From the NCBI GenBank assembly GCA_963662615.2, contig CAXXSR010000002.1, positions 320,001 to 384,000 on the forward strand: 64,000 nt of DNA, in the 5' to 3' direction. This document shows positions 35,617-47,081 of this stretch, in pieces. Position numbers and translations under genes: made by a program. This DNA is from Dehalococcoidia bacterium (GTDB lineage: Bacteria > Chloroflexota > Dehalococcoidia > Bin125). The notes under the pieces are model-generated. The model was not told where the DNA came from. It ran no database searches and saw nothing but the letters and a program-made list of their open reading frames with translations. Each line of letters starts with the position of its first letter. Position 1 is the first letter of the stretch.

Positions 35617-36342
35617 ATGAACGTCTGGGTCCAGCTCTATGCGAGCCTGGCGGAGGCGGCGGGAACCCGTCGGGTGAGCCTGAGCGATCTGCCCGAGCCG
35701 GCTACCGCGGGTGATCTCGGCGAGGCCATTTTCCGACTGTACCCGCAACTCCGCGCGTTGCGAGAGTCGATCATCTACGCGGTCAATGCGGAGTATGTGG
35801 AATCCGACTATCCCGTGGGGGCCGGCGACGAAGTGGCGCTGATCCCTCCCGTCAGCGGCGGCGAAGGCGACCCGCATTTCCGCATCAGCGCGGATCCGCT
35901 CAACGTTCAGGCCCTGCACGATCTCGTGCTGCGTCCCCAGGCGGGCGCCGTCTCCCTCTTCGTGGGCGTCGTGCGCAACAACAACCTGGGGCGCGACGTG
36001 GACCACCTGGAGTACGACGCCTATCCGGCGATGGCGGGCAAGGTGATGCAACAGATCGCGGAGGAAGTGCGGAGGCGCTGGGACGTCACCGAGGTGGCCA
36101 TGCATCACCGCACCGGCCGACTGGAGATCGGTGAGGCGAGCGTGGCCATCGCCGTCTCGTCGCCGCATCGCGCGCAAGCGATCGACGCCTGCCACTACGC
36201 CATCGACCGGCTCAAGCAGATCGTCCCGATCTGGAAGAAGGAAGTCTGGTCGGACGGCGAGCACTGGATCGAAGGCAGGGTGACGCCGGCGACGGAGGCG
36301 AAGCCGGCGCCCGAGTCGGCCGCGGTGCAGGACGGTGACTAG
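35617..36342 (+). CDS. MoaD-MoaE fusion molybdopterin synthase (MoaX-like)
   Basis: MoaD ending DEVALIPPVSGG (residues 81-82) fused to MoaE (GAVSLFVGVVR, HRTGRLEIGE, SSPHR, VPIWKKE). Confidence 0.93.
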   Translation: MNVWVQLYASLAEAAGTRRVSLSDLPEPATAGDLGEAIFRLYPQLRALRESIIYAVNAEYVESDYPVGAGDEVALIPPVSGGEGDPHFRISADPLNVQALHDLVLRPQAGAVSLFVGVVRNNNLGRDVDHLEYDAYPAMAGKVMQQIAEEVRRRWDVTEVAMHHRTGRLEIGEASVAIAVSSPHRAQAIDACHYAIDRLKQIVPIWKKEVWSDGEHWIEGRVTPATEAKPAPESAAVQDGD

Positions 36343-36430
36343 CCCGATCGAGGTCGGCGGGGCTTGACGGCATCCACAGCGACCGGCGGGGAAGACGTGC
36401 AGGCGATCGTGCGTGCGGCCCGCGCCCGTC

Positions 36431-37855
36431 TCACCAGCGCGGCTTGTCCCAAGCGCTGGGGCGACGGCGATTGGCGGGGCGATCCTGGCCGGCGCGCCCC
36501 TGGCCGGAGCGCGAAGATAATCCCGTGCGGTGATCGGGCGCGATGAATCGATACACCTGATGATGCAGCATCCGCGACGTCAGCCGCGGATCCAGGTCTT
36601 CAGGATTTTCGTTGGTCGTGATGACTGTGGGTAGGCTCTGGAGGTAGCGATGCGAGAAGAGCTGGTAGAGCTTCTCTCGCGCCCAGGGAGTGGTGGCGTG
36701 GGCTCCCAGGTCATCCAGGATGAGCAGCTCCGCCTCCCGCACGGTTGCGAAGACCTCGTCATAGGTCTGGTCGTTGTCAGGGCTGTAGGCGCGCCGAAGA
36801 TGGTCCAGGAGATCGGGCACCACGACGAAGAAGACGCTGTCGCCCCCGCCCAGACGTTCGATCGCGACGGCGGCGGCGAGGTGCGACTTGCCGGTCCCGG
36901 TTGGTCCAACGAACGTCATCCAGCCTTGAGGCGCCCGTGACCAATCCCGCGCCACGTTCCGCAGCAGCTCCAGGTTGCCCGCCTCTTCTTGCGTGAGGTG
37001 GTTGCCCTCCACGCGAAACCGTTCGAAGCTGTACCGCTCCAGCCGCTCCACGGTCATCCCGCCGATCTGCTGGTAGCGCTCAGTCTCATCAGGTGCGGCC
37101 GCAGAGGGCAGCAGGCAGACCTGGCGGGCGTCCGCCAGGCGAGCGAGAAAGCCGCCGCTGGTGCCCGGGAGGGCGGCGGGCGCCTTGCCCGAGAGCACGG
37201 CCGTGGGCAGCCCGCCGTTCTCACGGTGGTTGAGAAGCTGGAAGAGCTTCTCGTCGGCCCAGGGCGTGAGGTTGCTTGCATGCACGTCGTCAAGGATCAG
37301 GAAGGGCGCGCTGCGGACCTGCTCGAAAAGCTGGGGGTAGGGCACGACGGCGTCAGCTTGATAGGCGGCGCGCAGACGATCGAGCAGATCCGGCACGACC
37401 ACGTAGAGGGCCGCTGCGCCCCGCTGGATGCGGTCGTTGGCCATGGCCGCGCCGAGCGACGTCTTGCCGCTGCCGCTCTCGCCCCAGAGCAGGAGCCAGC
37501 GCGTCCGTGGTTGCTCGCCGCGCGCGAAGCCCATGGCGGCGGCGAAGGCGCGGCGAAACGCAGGCGAGTCTTCCCCCTCCAGGGTCTCGAAGCGGATCCG
37601 GGTCAGCGGCCCCAGATTGCTGTAACGCTGCAGCCGCTCCTGGCGTTTCTCCTCCGACTCCCGCGTGGCACAGTCGCAGGGAACCGCCCGACCGAATTCG
37701 GGATGGCCGGGATCCCGCCGCAGCCGGACGAAGCCCGCGTCGTTGCAGAGAGCACAAGCGGGATGAGCCGGCGGAAGCGCCGCCGCTTCAGTGGCGGATG
37801 AGATGTTCGAAGCGAGAATCCCGCCGCCAGCGAGAATGTCGCTCAATCGCCTCAT
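36431..37855 (-). CDS. DnaC/IstB-like helicase loader ATPase with two AAA+ modules
   Basis: Zn finger CALC...CDC; Walker A GESGSGKT and GPTGTGKS; two Walker B LILDD motifs. Confidence 0.88.
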   Translation of the reverse strand: MRRLSDILAGGGILASNISSATEAAALPPAHPACALCNDAGFVRLRRDPGHPEFGRAVPCDCATRESEEKRQERLQRYSNLGPLTRIRFETLEGEDSPAFRRAFAAAMGFARGEQPRTRWLLLWGESGSGKTSLGAAMANDRIQRGAAALYVVVPDLLDRLRAAYQADAVVPYPQLFEQVRSAPFLILDDVHASNLTPWADEKLFQLLNHRENGGLPTAVLSGKAPAALPGTSGGFLARLADARQVCLLPSAAAPDETERYQQIGGMTVERLERYSFERFRVEGNHLTQEEAGNLELLRNVARDWSRAPQGWMTFVGPTGTGKSHLAAAVAIERLGGGDSVFFVVVPDLLDHLRRAYSPDNDQTYDEVFATVREAELLILDDLGAHATTPWAREKLYQLFSHRYLQSLPTVITTNENPEDLDPRLTSRMLHHQVYRFIAPDHRTGLSSRSGQGRAGQDRPANRRRPSAWDKPRW

Positions 37856-38540
37856 CGTCGCGCCCTTCGTTGTGCCATCGTTCCAGGATCCGTTTCACGT
37901 AGCGCCAACTGCGCTTGTTCAGTTCCGCCGCCTCGCGGAATGCGTCCTCGATCCACGCCAGGGGATAGAGCCCTTCCGCTTCCGTCAGCTCCTCAGCGAT
38001 CTGGGGCGTGACAGGCCCCACGGTGCTCTCGTAGAGCGCGTACACGTTGGGGGCGCCGCGCGGCTGCGGGCTGCCCGCCGTCGCAGCGCGGGCCGGGGCC
38101 GGCAAGCCCGATGCCGCGCCCAGCCGCAATCGCTCCACCGCCCGTCGGTCGGCGGGCGTATTGAGCGTCACGAAGTCGCGGCCGCGGCCGCCGTCACGGA
38201 CCTCCACTCGCAGCAGGGCGCCGCGCTCCACGCTCGCCGCCAGCCCGCGCGAGAACGTCGCGTCCACCTCCTCGGTGGGCAGCAAGCGAGCGAGCGTCTC
38301 GATGAGCGGCCGCTCCGATCGCAGGGCGTCCACCTCCAGCAAGCGGGGAAAGCGACGCAGCCGCTGCACCGCCGCCGCCGCGTACATGGTGACGACAAGC
38401 TCGGCGACGTCGTCCATCGCCGGGATGAGCGTGGTGAAGATGGCGGCCGGGAGTGGCACCGCTTGGGCGCCGGCGGGAAAGCCCGCAAAGGGCGACGACT
38501 GGAGCCGACCGCGTTGGGCGGGCCGATCAGCGGTTGGCAT
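37788..38540 (-). CDS. DnaD-domain protein
   Basis: NVYALYESTVG...WIEDAFREAA...SWRYVKRILERW motif; follows dnaB. Confidence 0.85.
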   Translation of the reverse strand: MPTADRPAQRGRLQSSPFAGFPAGAQAVPLPAAIFTTLIPAMDDVAELVVTMYAAAAVQRLRRFPRLLEVDALRSERPLIETLARLLPTEEVDATFSRGLAASVERGALLRVEVRDGGRGRDFVTLNTPADRRAVERLRLGAASGLPAPARAATAGSPQPRGAPNVYALYESTVGPVTPQIAEELTEAEGLYPLAWIEDAFREAAELNKRSWRYVKRILERWHNEGRDDEAIERHSRWRRDSRFEHLIRH

Positions 38541-39957
38541 AGGCGTTGAGATCCCACTCCGCCTCGGCCACCGGGGCGGGCGCTTCCGCGTCGTCGCGCG
38601 GGAGCAAGTCCTCGAACTTGGCGATGTTCTTGCGGAAGCGGAGATGGACGGCGCCGGTGGGGCCGTTGCGATGCTTGGCCACAATGAGCTGGGCCACGCC
38701 CGACGGATACGACTGCGGAGTATCGGGGTGAAGCGTGTCCCAATCTTCCCGCTGCACGTACATGTCCTCCCGGTAGATGAAGAGGACTACGTCCGCGTCC
38801 TGCTCAATGGAGCCGCTCTCTCGCAGGTCGCTCAACAGGGGGACGTGGGGCTGCCGCGATTCCACGGCGCGCGAGAGTTGTGAGAGCGCCAGCACCGGCA
38901 CCTGCAGCTCGCGCGCCAGCTCCTTCAGCGAGCGGGAGATGTGGCTCATCTCCGCCACCCGATTGCCGTCGCTGCTAGTGTCGGCGCCGGCGTGGACGAG
39001 CTGCATGTGATCCACCACGATGAGGTCCAGGCCAACCTCGTGCGCCAGCCGGCGCGCCTTGGCCCGCAACTCCGCGATGGTGGCGCCGGGCGTGTCGTCG
39101 ATGTAGATCTCGGCCCGCGAGAGGTTGCCGATCGCGCGGCTGATCTGACCCTCCTCGGCTTCCGTGTGGTGGCCCCAGGGCAGCCGCTGCGAGGGAACCT
39201 CCGCGTCCGCGGCGATGAGCCGTCCGGCCACCTGGTCGGCGGCCATTTCCAGGCTGAAGAAGGCCACCTTGCCGCTCTGACCGAGGGCGAGGTTGCGGGC
39301 GATCGACAGCGCCAGCGCCGATTTACCGACGGCCGGGCGCGCCGCCAGGACCGCCATGTCGGAGCGCTTGAGGCCGGTCAGCAGCGCATCGAGGTCGGCG
39401 AAGCCGGTGCGGGCGACGTCCGTGAGGCGGCGGCTCTCTTCCTCGGAGGGCGGGCCCAGGAATCCCTCCAGGAGGTCGCGGAGGGGGACGAAGTCGCGCA
39501 GGCGCTCGCCGCCGCGCAGCGCCAGAAGGAGGGCTTCGGAGCGACCGAGTGCCTCCTGCAGATGCGGCCCGCCCTCGTAGCCGATGCGGGCCATGGCGCC
39601 GGCCGCTTCAATCAGGCGACGGTAGATCGCGTCGCGCTGGACGATCTTGGCGGAATACTCCACCCCCACTGATGTGGGCAGCTCCGCCAGGATCTGGCTC
39701 AGGTAGGCGTGTCCGCCAACGTTCTCCAGCCGAGACTGGCGGACCAGCTCATGGGCCAGCGTGACCTGGTTGATCGCCTCGTTGCGCTCCCACAGCGCCA
39801 GGGCAGACCCGTACATCCAGGCGTGCCGCTCTTGGAAGAAGTCCGCGGGCTGAAGGAAGGCAGCAACGCGCGAGATCGCCTCCGGATCGACCAGGATGGA
39901 GGCGAGGATCGTGGCTTCGGCTTCCGGATTGCTGGGGGGCGCCTGATCCAGAACCAC
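38527..39957 (-). CDS. dnaB: Replicative DNA helicase
   Basis: AARPAVGKS, FSLEM, LSQLSR, DLRESGSIEQDAD, KHRNGPTG; no intein. Confidence 0.97.
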   Translation of the reverse strand: MVLDQAPPSNPEAEATILASILVDPEAISRVAAFLQPADFFQERHAWMYGSALALWERNEAINQVTLAHELVRQSRLENVGGHAYLSQILAELPTSVGVEYSAKIVQRDAIYRRLIEAAGAMARIGYEGGPHLQEALGRSEALLLALRGGERLRDFVPLRDLLEGFLGPPSEEESRRLTDVARTGFADLDALLTGLKRSDMAVLAARPAVGKSALALSIARNLALGQSGKVAFFSLEMAADQVAGRLIAADAEVPSQRLPWGHHTEAEEGQISRAIGNLSRAEIYIDDTPGATIAELRAKARRLAHEVGLDLIVVDHMQLVHAGADTSSDGNRVAEMSHISRSLKELARELQVPVLALSQLSRAVESRQPHVPLLSDLRESGSIEQDADVVLFIYREDMYVQREDWDTLHPDTPQSYPSGVAQLIVAKHRNGPTGAVHLRFRKNIAKFEDLLPRDDAEAPAPVAEAEWDLNAYANR

Positions 39958-40002
39958 CGCTTCCTCCCCCGAGGAGTGCGGCGGTCTCGCGCGCACTCCC
40001 CG

Positions 40003-40572
40003 CTACGTGTCCGTCTCAGCGTCCCCGTCGGGAGAGGGGGCGTCGGGTGCGTCCCCTCCCTCCTCCGTTTCGGCGGCCTCAGCCGCGGCGACGGCTTCCT
40101 CGATCGTGGGCTCAGCGGCCTCGCCCTCTTCGGCCTGCACCTCCACCGTCACATGGGCGGAGACATTACGGGTGAGACGTACTTGCACGGCGTGCGTGCC
40201 GATGGTCCGAATCGACTGGCCCAACAGCACCTGCCGGTGTTCCACCGCAGCGCCCGCCAGCTCCGAGAGCTGCCCGGCGATGTCAGCGGCCGTGACGGAG
40301 CCGAAGAGCCGCCCCTGCTGCCCCACGCGCGCCCGCAGCGTGACGGTGGCGCCGTCAATCCGCTCAGCGATGGACTGCGCGCCGGCGTCGAGGTGGTCCT
40401 GCTTGATCGTATCGGCCTTCGCCAGTCGCTCGGCACGCCGGAGATTTTCCTTCGTGGCTGGGAGTGCCAGCTCGCGCGGCAGGAGGTAATTGCGGGCGTA
40501 GCCGTTGCGGACCTCCTTGACCTCACCAACGCTGGCAGACCCTTCAACCTCTTGGACGAAAACGACTTTCAT
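40003..40572 (-). CDS. rplI: 50S ribosomal protein L9 with acidic tail
   Basis: VKEVRNGYARNYLLPR, GRLFGSVT. Confidence 0.97.
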   Translation of the reverse strand: MKVVFVQEVEGSASVGEVKEVRNGYARNYLLPRELALPATKENLRRAERLAKADTIKQDHLDAGAQSIAERIDGATVTLRARVGQQGRLFGSVTAADIAGQLSELAGAAVEHRQVLLGQSIRTIGTHAVQVRLTRNVSAHVTVEVQAEEGEAAEPTIEEAVAAAEAAETEEGGDAPDAPSPDGDAETDT

Positions 40573-40810
40573 CGCGACCCTCCGTCGGCGGATGCTGTCG
40601 CACCCTTGTTATGCCGCATCCGCCCCGTTGCGCCAAGCAGGGGACGGTGGACTACTGCGTTTATGCTGGCGGCCGTCCCCACAGTTCACAGCCAACCAAC
40701 ACGATAACGGCCGGCGTCACGCGATGAGGTCGCTTCTGTCACGGGCCGCCGCCCCGAATGCCGCGCGAAGGGCCGCCCACTCCCCCGTCCGCCACCGACT
40801 CGGCCGGACC

Positions 40811-40845
40811 ATAACACATATGTTCTGTATAGACGATTGTGTTAT
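40811..40845. promoter_or_regulatory. AT-rich inverted repeat / LexA-like operator upstream of the rplI-dnaB operon
   Basis: ATAACACA-N19-TGTGTTAT; minus strand contains AGAAC-ATAT-GTGTT. Confidence 0.4.
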
Positions 40846-40876
40846 CTGCGCGGGCGGCCGGCCTGGGAGAAGGTGG

Positions 40877-43111
<2,235 letters not shown>

Positions 43112-43113
43112 CG

Positions 43114-43803
43114 TCAGCCCCATCGGTCAATCATGGAGCGCCAGATCAGCAGGCCGTCCTCCCCGCCCAGCAGCGCTTCGCTGGCGCGCTCGGGGTGCGG
43201 CATCATGCCCATGACCGTGCCGGCGGCGTTCATAACGCCGGCAATGTTGTTGCGGGAGCCGTTGGGGTTGCTCTCGGGAGTGACCCGACCGGCCGCATCG
43301 CAGTAGCGGAAGAGGACGCGTCCCTCTTTTTCCAGCAGGGCCAGCGTCTCGTCGTCGGCGGAGTAGTTGCCCTGGCCGTGGGAGATCGGCAGCAGCAGCG
43401 CCTGCTGCTCCCGGCAGGCGCTCGTGAAACCCGTGTCCTGGCGCTCGACGCGGACGTGCTGCGGCTGGCAGCGGAACTGCAAGCTGTCGTTCCGCAGCAG
43501 GGCGCCCGGCAGCAGACCGGCCTCGCAGAGGATCTGGAGGCCGTTGCAGGAGCCAATGACGGGGCGACCCGCTTGCGCGTGCCGCCGCACGGCGGCCATC
43601 ACGGGCGCGAAGCGGGCGATTGCGCCGCAGCGCAGGTAGTCGCCGTAGGAGAAGCCGCCGGGCACGACCACGGCGTCGTAGCCGTCCAAGTCGGTCTGGC
43701 GGTGCCAGACGAGATCGGCTTGGTGGCCCAGACGATCGCGCAGAACGTACTGGCAGTCGCGGTCGCTCCAGGTACCGGGGAAGACGAGAACGGCGAAGCG
43801 CAC
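43114..43803 (-). CDS. purQ: FGAM synthase glutaminase subunit PurQ
   Basis: PGGFSYGDYLR, GSCNG, NPNGS, MMPHPER. Confidence 0.98.
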   Translation of the reverse strand: MRFAVLVFPGTWSDRDCQYVLRDRLGHQADLVWHRQTDLDGYDAVVVPGGFSYGDYLRCGAIARFAPVMAAVRRHAQAGRPVIGSCNGLQILCEAGLLPGALLRNDSLQFRCQPQHVRVERQDTGFTSACREQQALLLPISHGQGNYSADDETLALLEKEGRVLFRYCDAAGRVTPESNPNGSRNNIAGVMNAAGTVMGMMPHPERASEALLGGEDGLLIWRSMIDRWG

Positions 43804-43933
43804 CGATGCTCCTCAGGCGCATGCTAGCAGCGGCGCTCCGCAAGCACTGCGTCCGCCACGGCGGAAGGGAGGGAACGAGAACGAGGCCGTTCCGCGCTGG
43901 GCCGCGCCTCCGCTCCAGGTCCGACGCCGACGG

Positions 43934-46162
43934 CTATTCGCGGGATTGGGAGAGGGCCGGCGGCGAGCTCCCGTCGACCGGGGCATCACCCACCGGCTCG
44001 GGGGCCGCCCCCACGCCCTGGGGAGGCGCGGCGGCGGCGAGACGCTCCTGCTCGGCGGCCGTGGGCGCGGGATATTCAATCCGCGGGTGATACACGCCGC
44101 GGAGGGTGACTTTGAACGATTCGGCGATGGTGCGGATCTCGCGCAGCGTCAAATCACAGTCGTCGAACTGCTGCTCGTTGACGCGCTCGTTGATAACGGC
44201 GTCAATGAGGCGGTCAATGGTGTCCATGTCGCGCTGCCTGCTGGAGCGGACGACGGCCTCGCAGGAGTCGGCCATCATGACGATGGCCGTCTCGCGGCTC
44301 TGGGGGCGAGGGCCCGCGTAGGTGAAGAGCGCCGGATCCACGTCGGGATCGATGCGGGCGGCCTTGCGGTAGAAGTAGGTGACGAGCCGGGTCCCGTGAT
44401 GCTCCGGGATAAACGCTCGCACGGGCGGGGCCAACCGTTGCTGTCGGCCCAACTCCATGCCCCAGCGGACGTGATCCTGAATGACGCGGGCACTCTCCAG
44501 CGGATCGAGATCATCGTGGGGGTTTTCGCCGTCGGCCTGGTTTTCGATGTACATGTGTGGCTTCGAGAGCTTGCCGATGTCGTGGTAGTAGGCGCCCACG
44601 CGGACGAGGAGGGCGTCCGCGCCGATCTCCGCCGCCGCTCGCTGCGCCATGGTGGCGACGAGCAGCGAGTGGTGAAAGGTCCCCGGCGTCTCCTCCTGCA
44701 GACGTCGCAGCAGTGGCTGTGTGAGCTGCGCCAGTTCCAGCAGCTGCAGCCGCGTGGTGACGCCGAAGGCGAGGCCGAGGAACCAGGACGCGCCGATGGT
44801 GAGCACACCCGTACTGACGAACACGATCGCGGCCACCAGCGCCAGCCAGCCGAGATCCGCTGAGGCCCGGGAGGGATTCAACAGCCAGAAGGCCAAGCCC
44901 ACCAAGAAGAGGGACGCCCCCACGGCGCCGCCTGTGACGCCGTACTGCGTCAGCCGCTCGGCTCGCTGCATGGCGAACACGCCGGCGACGCCGGAGAACA
45001 GGAAGACCGCGAGGGGCCGCAACGCCTGGGCGGCTTCGGGCGCCTCGCCAACGGCGTAGTCCGGGTGGATCAAGGCCGCCGCCCCGGCCAGGACGGCGAT
45101 CACCATGGCGACTAACAGCGCCAGTGTCCGTTCCAGCAGGGCGGCCACGAGCACCGGGGCGACGGCCAGCGGCAACACCAAGTCCAGCGCCTTGTCGCGC
45201 TCATCCGGGAGGACCACGGGGAGAAACCAACGCGAGGCCGCCACCATCCCGACCACGAGGACGGCGACGAGGAGCAGCCGGCGGTCGCTGGCGGCGGATT
45301 GTGGGGCCGCCAAGACGAAGTACGCGCCCAGCGTCAGCGATCCGGCCAGGGCGAGGATCAGCACCGCGACGAGATCGTCGATGGGGATGCCGCCGCCCTT
45401 CTGGGGCAAGGGGAGGCGCAGCAAGACCTCCTCCGCCAGGTCATCCACCGGCTCGCCGGTGGGAACGATGAGGTCGCCTTTTTCAAACTCCTGGATCACC
45501 GGCGCCACGCTCTCCCGCACGGCAGTCCGAGCCGCCTCCGTGGCAGCCACATCTTCGCGGACGTTTGCGACGATCCGTGGTGCAACGAGGGCATCGACGA
45601 TCTCTGTCTGATCTGGGGAGAAGCCCGGGCCGACTCGGGCGGAGAGGCCAGCGCGGGTCGCCGCGACTTCGCCGTCCGTGATGCTGCCACCCATGATCTC
45701 GCGGAGGAGCGTGATCGCACGCGCCCTCACCCCCCTCGCCCCCTGCCACTGGAGATCATTGAGGCCCAGAATGAGAACTTGCGCACGCGGGCTCAACTGG
45801 GCGCCGGGGACGAGGCCCAGCTCTCGTGCGCGTTCCTCCGGCGTCAGCTCGGGGTCATCGCGAATCCGGTCGACCTCGCTGAGGAAGTCGGTCAGGGCGG
45901 CGTTCTGGTCGTTGCCGATGCCCGTGTCGAAGGTGACGCTGGCGACGACGCCGGCGGCGGCTGCGTCCTGCGCCCGTTGCGTCAGGATCTCGCTCTCGAA
46001 GGAGAGATCGGCGGTGGCCGCGACCGGCTCCGCGGCCGACTGACCCCGCGCGGGAAAGCCGCGCTCCGGCTGAATGGGCAGCAGCGCGATCGTGAGGGCG
46101 GCCGCCAGGGCGACGGCAAAGATTTCGACGCGAACGGGCGAGTAGAATCGCGCGGCAGCCAC
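43934..46162 (-). CDS. 7TM-HD (HDIG) phosphohydrolase, PgpH-like cyclic-di-AMP phosphodiesterase
   Basis: Extracellular domain plus 7 TM plus PGTFHHS...YYHDIGK...EHHGT...ADSCEA. Confidence 0.88.
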   Translation of the reverse strand: MAAARFYSPVRVEIFAVALAAALTIALLPIQPERGFPARGQSAAEPVAATADLSFESEILTQRAQDAAAAGVVASVTFDTGIGNDQNAALTDFLSEVDRIRDDPELTPEERARELGLVPGAQLSPRAQVLILGLNDLQWQGARGVRARAITLLREIMGGSITDGEVAATRAGLSARVGPGFSPDQTEIVDALVAPRIVANVREDVAATEAARTAVRESVAPVIQEFEKGDLIVPTGEPVDDLAEEVLLRLPLPQKGGGIPIDDLVAVLILALAGSLTLGAYFVLAAPQSAASDRRLLLVAVLVVGMVAASRWFLPVVLPDERDKALDLVLPLAVAPVLVAALLERTLALLVAMVIAVLAGAAALIHPDYAVGEAPEAAQALRPLAVFLFSGVAGVFAMQRAERLTQYGVTGGAVGASLFLVGLAFWLLNPSRASADLGWLALVAAIVFVSTGVLTIGASWFLGLAFGVTTRLQLLELAQLTQPLLRRLQEETPGTFHHSLLVATMAQRAAAEIGADALLVRVGAYYHDIGKLSKPHMYIENQADGENPHDDLDPLESARVIQDHVRWGMELGRQQRLAPPVRAFIPEHHGTRLVTYFYRKAARIDPDVDPALFTYAGPRPQSRETAIVMMADSCEAVVRSSRQRDMDTIDRLIDAVINERVNEQQFDDCDLTLREIRTIAESFKVTLRGVYHPRIEYPAPTAAEQERLAAAAPPQGVGAAPEPVGDAPVDGSSPPALSQSRE

Positions 46163-46234
46163 CAGCCCATCCGATCAGATGCGACCGCGGCGCCGCGGTC
46201 GCCATCCGCTGTCATCATAGGGGCCGCCCGCGGG

Positions 46235-46684
46235 CTAGCCGCCGAGCAGTTCCGTCACAACCTCGTTGACCAGGCGCCCGTCGGCCTTGCCGCGCAACTC
46301 CCCCATAAGCGGGCCCATGACCTTGCCCTTATCTTGGGGCCCGCTCGCTCCGGCTGCGGCGATGGCCCGCTGCACGGCAGCGACGATCTCGTCGCGGCTC
46401 ATCAGCGCGGGGAGGTACTCTTCCAAGACCGCGATCTCCGCGCGCTCCTTGTCCACCAGGTCCTGGCGGCCCCCCTGCTGGAAGAGTTCCACCGACTCCT
46501 GCCGCTGTTTCAGCTGCTTGCGGATGACCGCAATCACCTCAGCGTCTTCCAGCGGGCGCCGCCGCTCGATCTCAGCGTTCTTGATCGCCGCCTCCACCAA
46601 GCGGATGGTCCCCCGCCGCACGGGCTCTTTGGCTCGCATTGCCTCGTGCAGGTCCCGGCGCAACTGATCGCGCAGTTCCGTCAT
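46235..46684 (-). CDS. GatB/YqeY domain protein
   Basis: KQRQESVELF..GGR.DL..KE.AE...YLP, GKVMG, ADG; SD AGGAGG. Confidence 0.93.
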   Translation of the reverse strand: MTELRDQLRRDLHEAMRAKEPVRRGTIRLVEAAIKNAEIERRRPLEDAEVIAVIRKQLKQRQESVELFQQGGRQDLVDKERAEIAVLEEYLPALMSRDEIVAAVQRAIAAAGASGPQDKGKVMGPLMGELRGKADGRLVNEVVTELLGG

Positions 46685-46722
46685 GGAATCCCTCCTCACG
46701 CAGCGGCAAGCATGCCGACGGC

Positions 46723-46753
46723 AAGGAAAAGGCCGCCGGTCTCGCCGACGGCC
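46723..46753 (-). terminator. Putative intrinsic terminator after the miniprotein pair
   Basis: Minus strand GGCCGTCGG-CGAGA-CCGGCGGCC followed by TTTTCCTT. Confidence 0.6.
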
Positions 46754-46802
46754 CCAGGTGTAACGGTGTTGACGCCCTCGGGGGAGCGCGAACAGCGCTG
46801 GG

Positions 46803-46946
46803 TTAATCCGCGGATGGTAACACCTTGGGCTGCATCAATTCCAGGTTGCGTTCGTCCGCCTTCAGATCGCAGTCCCCCGGCTTAATGCAGAGAACCTCCA
46901 CACCGCTTTTTTCGTCCTTGTAGCGCTTGCCCAGTTGCACCGCCAC
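46803..46946 (-). CDS. Unannotated 47-aa desulforedoxin-like miniprotein lacking CxxC
   Basis: Manual translation MAVQLGKRYKDEKSGVEVLCIKPGDCDLKADERNLELMQPKVLPSAD; SD GGAGG; paralogous to the neighbour. Confidence 0.78.
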   Translation of the reverse strand: MAVQLGKRYKDEKSGVEVLCIKPGDCDLKADERNLELMQPKVLPSAD

Positions 46947-46958
46947 GCGGCCCCTCCG

Positions 46959-47081
46959 CTACTTCTTTTCCTGCAGGGGACTGTCACCGCAGCGCAACTC
47001 CGCGGCGCCGCCGCGGGTGACGATGAACTCGGAACTACATTTGGGGCAGATGTACCGCTTGCCCGTCTGAGCCGGGGGCAT
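46959..47081 (-). CDS. 40-aa desulforedoxin-like zinc-ribbon miniprotein
   Basis: MPPAQTGKRYICPKCSSEFIVTRGGAAELRCGDSPLQEKK; purine-rich SD upstream. Confidence 0.8.
   Translation of the reverse strand: MPPAQTGKRYICPKCSSEFIVTRGGAAELRCGDSPLQEKK

Noticed and set aside
36431-37855. IS21 IstB or prophage replication module
   Set aside because: No IstA, terminal repeats or phage genes; embedded in the rplI-dnaB housekeeping operon.
40573-40876. oriC near dnaB
   Set aside because: No clear TTATCCACA boxes, no extended AT-rich unwinding element and no dnaA.
43813-44079. 88-aa ORF as purS
   Set aside because: Low-complexity Pro/Arg frame overlapping the HD gene, with no PurS motifs (DPQG, LANPVIE).
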